A stretch of DNA of 64,000 nt from Monocercomonoides exilis PA203 (lineage: Eukaryota; Protista; Preaxostyla). The stretch lies in assembly GCA_001643675.2 (NCBI GenBank), contig LSRY02000004.1:62001-126000 (forward strand), written 5' to 3'. Below the pieces are notes generated by a model, which saw only the letters and a list, made by a program, of their open reading frames with translations, was not told the DNA's origin and made no database searches. Numbering within the stretch: the stretch's first letter is position 1; every line of letters starts with the position of its first letter. Shown here piece by piece: positions 61,847 to 64,000 of the stretch. Made by a program: the position numbers and the translations under genes.

Positions 61847-64000
61847 ATGTTTCGACCTACAATTCCAATATCACCTTACTTGAGAACTCGTACAAGAGTA
61901 AAGCCGTCTGAGTATGATTTGTTGTACGAATTGAAAACGATATTTATTATTTTATAGATTTTTGACACCAGAAGAAAGAGAAAATCAACTCCTTGATGAG
62001 CTTAAAAAGCATCAATTTAAAGCAAAGCCATTCAATAAAAAGGTATTTATTAGAAAAATCATTAGATATTTGATTCAATTCTTTTGAAAGATTGTTACGG
62101 CATGCGGAACTCTTGGATTAAAACAAATAGCAAAAGCCAAAACAGTCATACCCAAGGTGTGCTTTCTCCTATCAATAAATTATGAAATATTGTTATAATG
62201 ATTTGTTTTTGAAATAGACTCCAGAATTTGTTCGTCGTGTAAAAAAGCAGCTAAAACAATGCAAAACGAATGAGATTGTTGCAAAGCAAAGTCATAAAGC
62301 GTTTAAGGCTCTTCCATTAAACGAATCTATTTTTTCAACTGTTTGCATGTTTCTTTTTAAACGTTCAAATTTTTTAAATCAATAAATATATTTAAAGGTT
62401 ACGGGAGTACCGCCTCGTAAGCTTCCAAATGTTACAAAGCCACAACCTTTCACTTTGTTGAGCGATCAAAGGGCGCAGCGCTCTCTAGCACATAACAGTG
62501 AAAAAAGTTTAGAAAAGGAGGAAGGTGAACAATTTGTGTTTAAAGCTCGTCCAGTTCCAAAATACAAAACGATTGTTTGATAAACTTTCAATAATTTTTA
62601 AAATCTGAAAATGATAATAATTTATAGCAACCAATTCAACGTCATGAAACAAAAATAGAAGTTAAGCCATTTCGCCTTCTAACAGATTTGAGAGGAAAGC
62701 ATGAAGAGGTTTGACTTTTCACTTTTTGTGTTTAGTAATTGATTCAAACTTTCTTTACAGGAACATATTAAGGAGGAAATAGAAAAGAAGAAAGAAGAAG
62801 AAACAAAAGTTTATCCATTTAAAGCGCTTTCAACAAAACTTGAACATAAACCCTTTGTATGGAATTATTAATTCGTGTTATTGTTTATTTTGATTTGCAT
62901 CACCAACATTGCAGGTTCCTGTACTCCCATCATCTTCTGGGTTGCATCAGCCAATTGTGCCAAAGCCATTTCACCTCCATACAGAAGAAAGAGTGCTGGA
63001 GCGCACTTCACGCAAACATTCATCTCGTCCAAACGCTTCATTTTCTCGTTCCTCAAATTCAACGCAGAATGAAACTTCTAGAGAAAAAACTACTTTCAAA
63101 GCGAGGCAAGCAACTGTCTTGCGCAAACCTCCGTTTGTTCCACAGAAATCGACTCGACCATTGACAAAGCCTGTTCAATTTGTCATTCATAGTGATCTAC
63201 GTGCAGAAGAACGCAAGCAGTTTGAAGAAAGGCAAAAACAACGTTTGATGAAAGAAAAAGAAGAGAGAGAGAGAAAGAAGAAAGAAGAAGAAAGAAGGTT
63301 GATGGAGGAAGAAGAAAGATTCAGAGAAGAGCACAAATTCAGAGCTCAGCCTATTCGTGCATCGTTTGACCATCCAACATTTGTCCCAACACTGGGAAGA
63401 TCAAAGCTGACAGAGGCAGCAACACCTCATTTGATGACAAAAGAAAGAGCAGCTGTAAAGTTATGGGAGCTTTACAATCATAGAAGATATTATGAAAATG
63501 ATGTAGATGATAAGCAGTTGGATGAACAAGATGATGAGACCTGCGGAAATGATGGTGAAATGGATGAACTGAATGAAAGCGATGTTGAAAAGCTTAAGAA
63601 AGAAGAGCAAGAGGCAGAAATTGAATATGATCATCGACTGATGACACCTCCTGGGGCAAAAGCGACATTCAATCGGAGCTTTCTCCCAATGGAAATTCGG
63701 TATATCTCTCCAGAATCGACAATCCGCGATGACATGATTTCGAGCAACGATCAACAGCCCAGCAATTCAATTCACGGGCAAGAATTACCTCGCACATCAA
63801 TGGATGATCAAGATGCTCTGAGGATAGAAATTAATCAATTCAATAAAAAGGATGAAGAAAATCGTATGGAAGTTGAAGACAGCAATGAGACTAATAATGC
63901 CATGTCTGTTGTGCCATCTGTCTTTGCAGTTCCGTTAAAACAAAATCTGAACGAAAGTGGTTGTGGTGATGTGATTTCAGAAGAAATACACGAAACAGAA
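61847..64000 (+). CDS. TPX2: TPX2-like spindle assembly factor, intron-rich 5' half, runs off the window
   Basis: Manual splicing gives repeated FKAKP/FKALP/FKARP/FRAQP and PFxL motifs plus PFVPQKSTRPLTKPVQFVIHSDLRAEERKQFEERQK, the TPX2 C-terminal domain signature. About 7 introns of ~45-70 nt. Missed by the ORF track. Confidence 0.85.

Noticed and set aside
31770-64000. Apparent functional cluster of centrosome/cilium/spindle genes (TBC1D31, TPX2, plus CFAP20DC) and BRF1 near a tRNA
   Set aside because: The genes are interspersed with unrelated housekeeping genes over tens of kb; this co-occurrence is expected by chance in a flagellate genome.
1-64000. CRISPR arrays, rRNA genes, prokaryotic operons
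   Set aside because: No repeat-spacer arrays or rRNA-like sequence were seen; the window is spliceosomal-intron-containing eukaryotic DNA.

Overview
Gene-dense, intron-containing eukaryotic DNA read in the standard code, with short AT-rich GT-AG introns, very short intergenic spacers and proteins inflated by poly-Ser, acidic and Pro-rich tracts. The style and one surface-protein family suggest a flagellate protist such as the oxymonad Monocercomonoides (inference, not verified). About 16 protein genes are supported. They include an apparently catalytically dead USP-fold giant, BRF1, DDX47/RRP3, an S28 peptidase, CFAP20DC, GCN5, TBC1D31, a Cys-to-Ser PTP/DSP-like pseudophosphatase, PRCC, a large Cys-rich type I membrane protein, NOSIP, an LRR-PP2C phosphatase and TPX2. 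There is also one tRNA-Pro(TGG). The most striking non-genic signal is a ~3 kb island (18.9-21.7 kb) holding a decayed Merlin/ISXO2-type transposase and two related fold-back palindromes. Each palindrome is exactly 240 bp and is flanked by a 4-bp direct repeat (ATTT, ACTT). One is inserted inside the transposase, whose reading frame is restored when it is removed. Family assignments come from motif recognition by eye; no searches were run.
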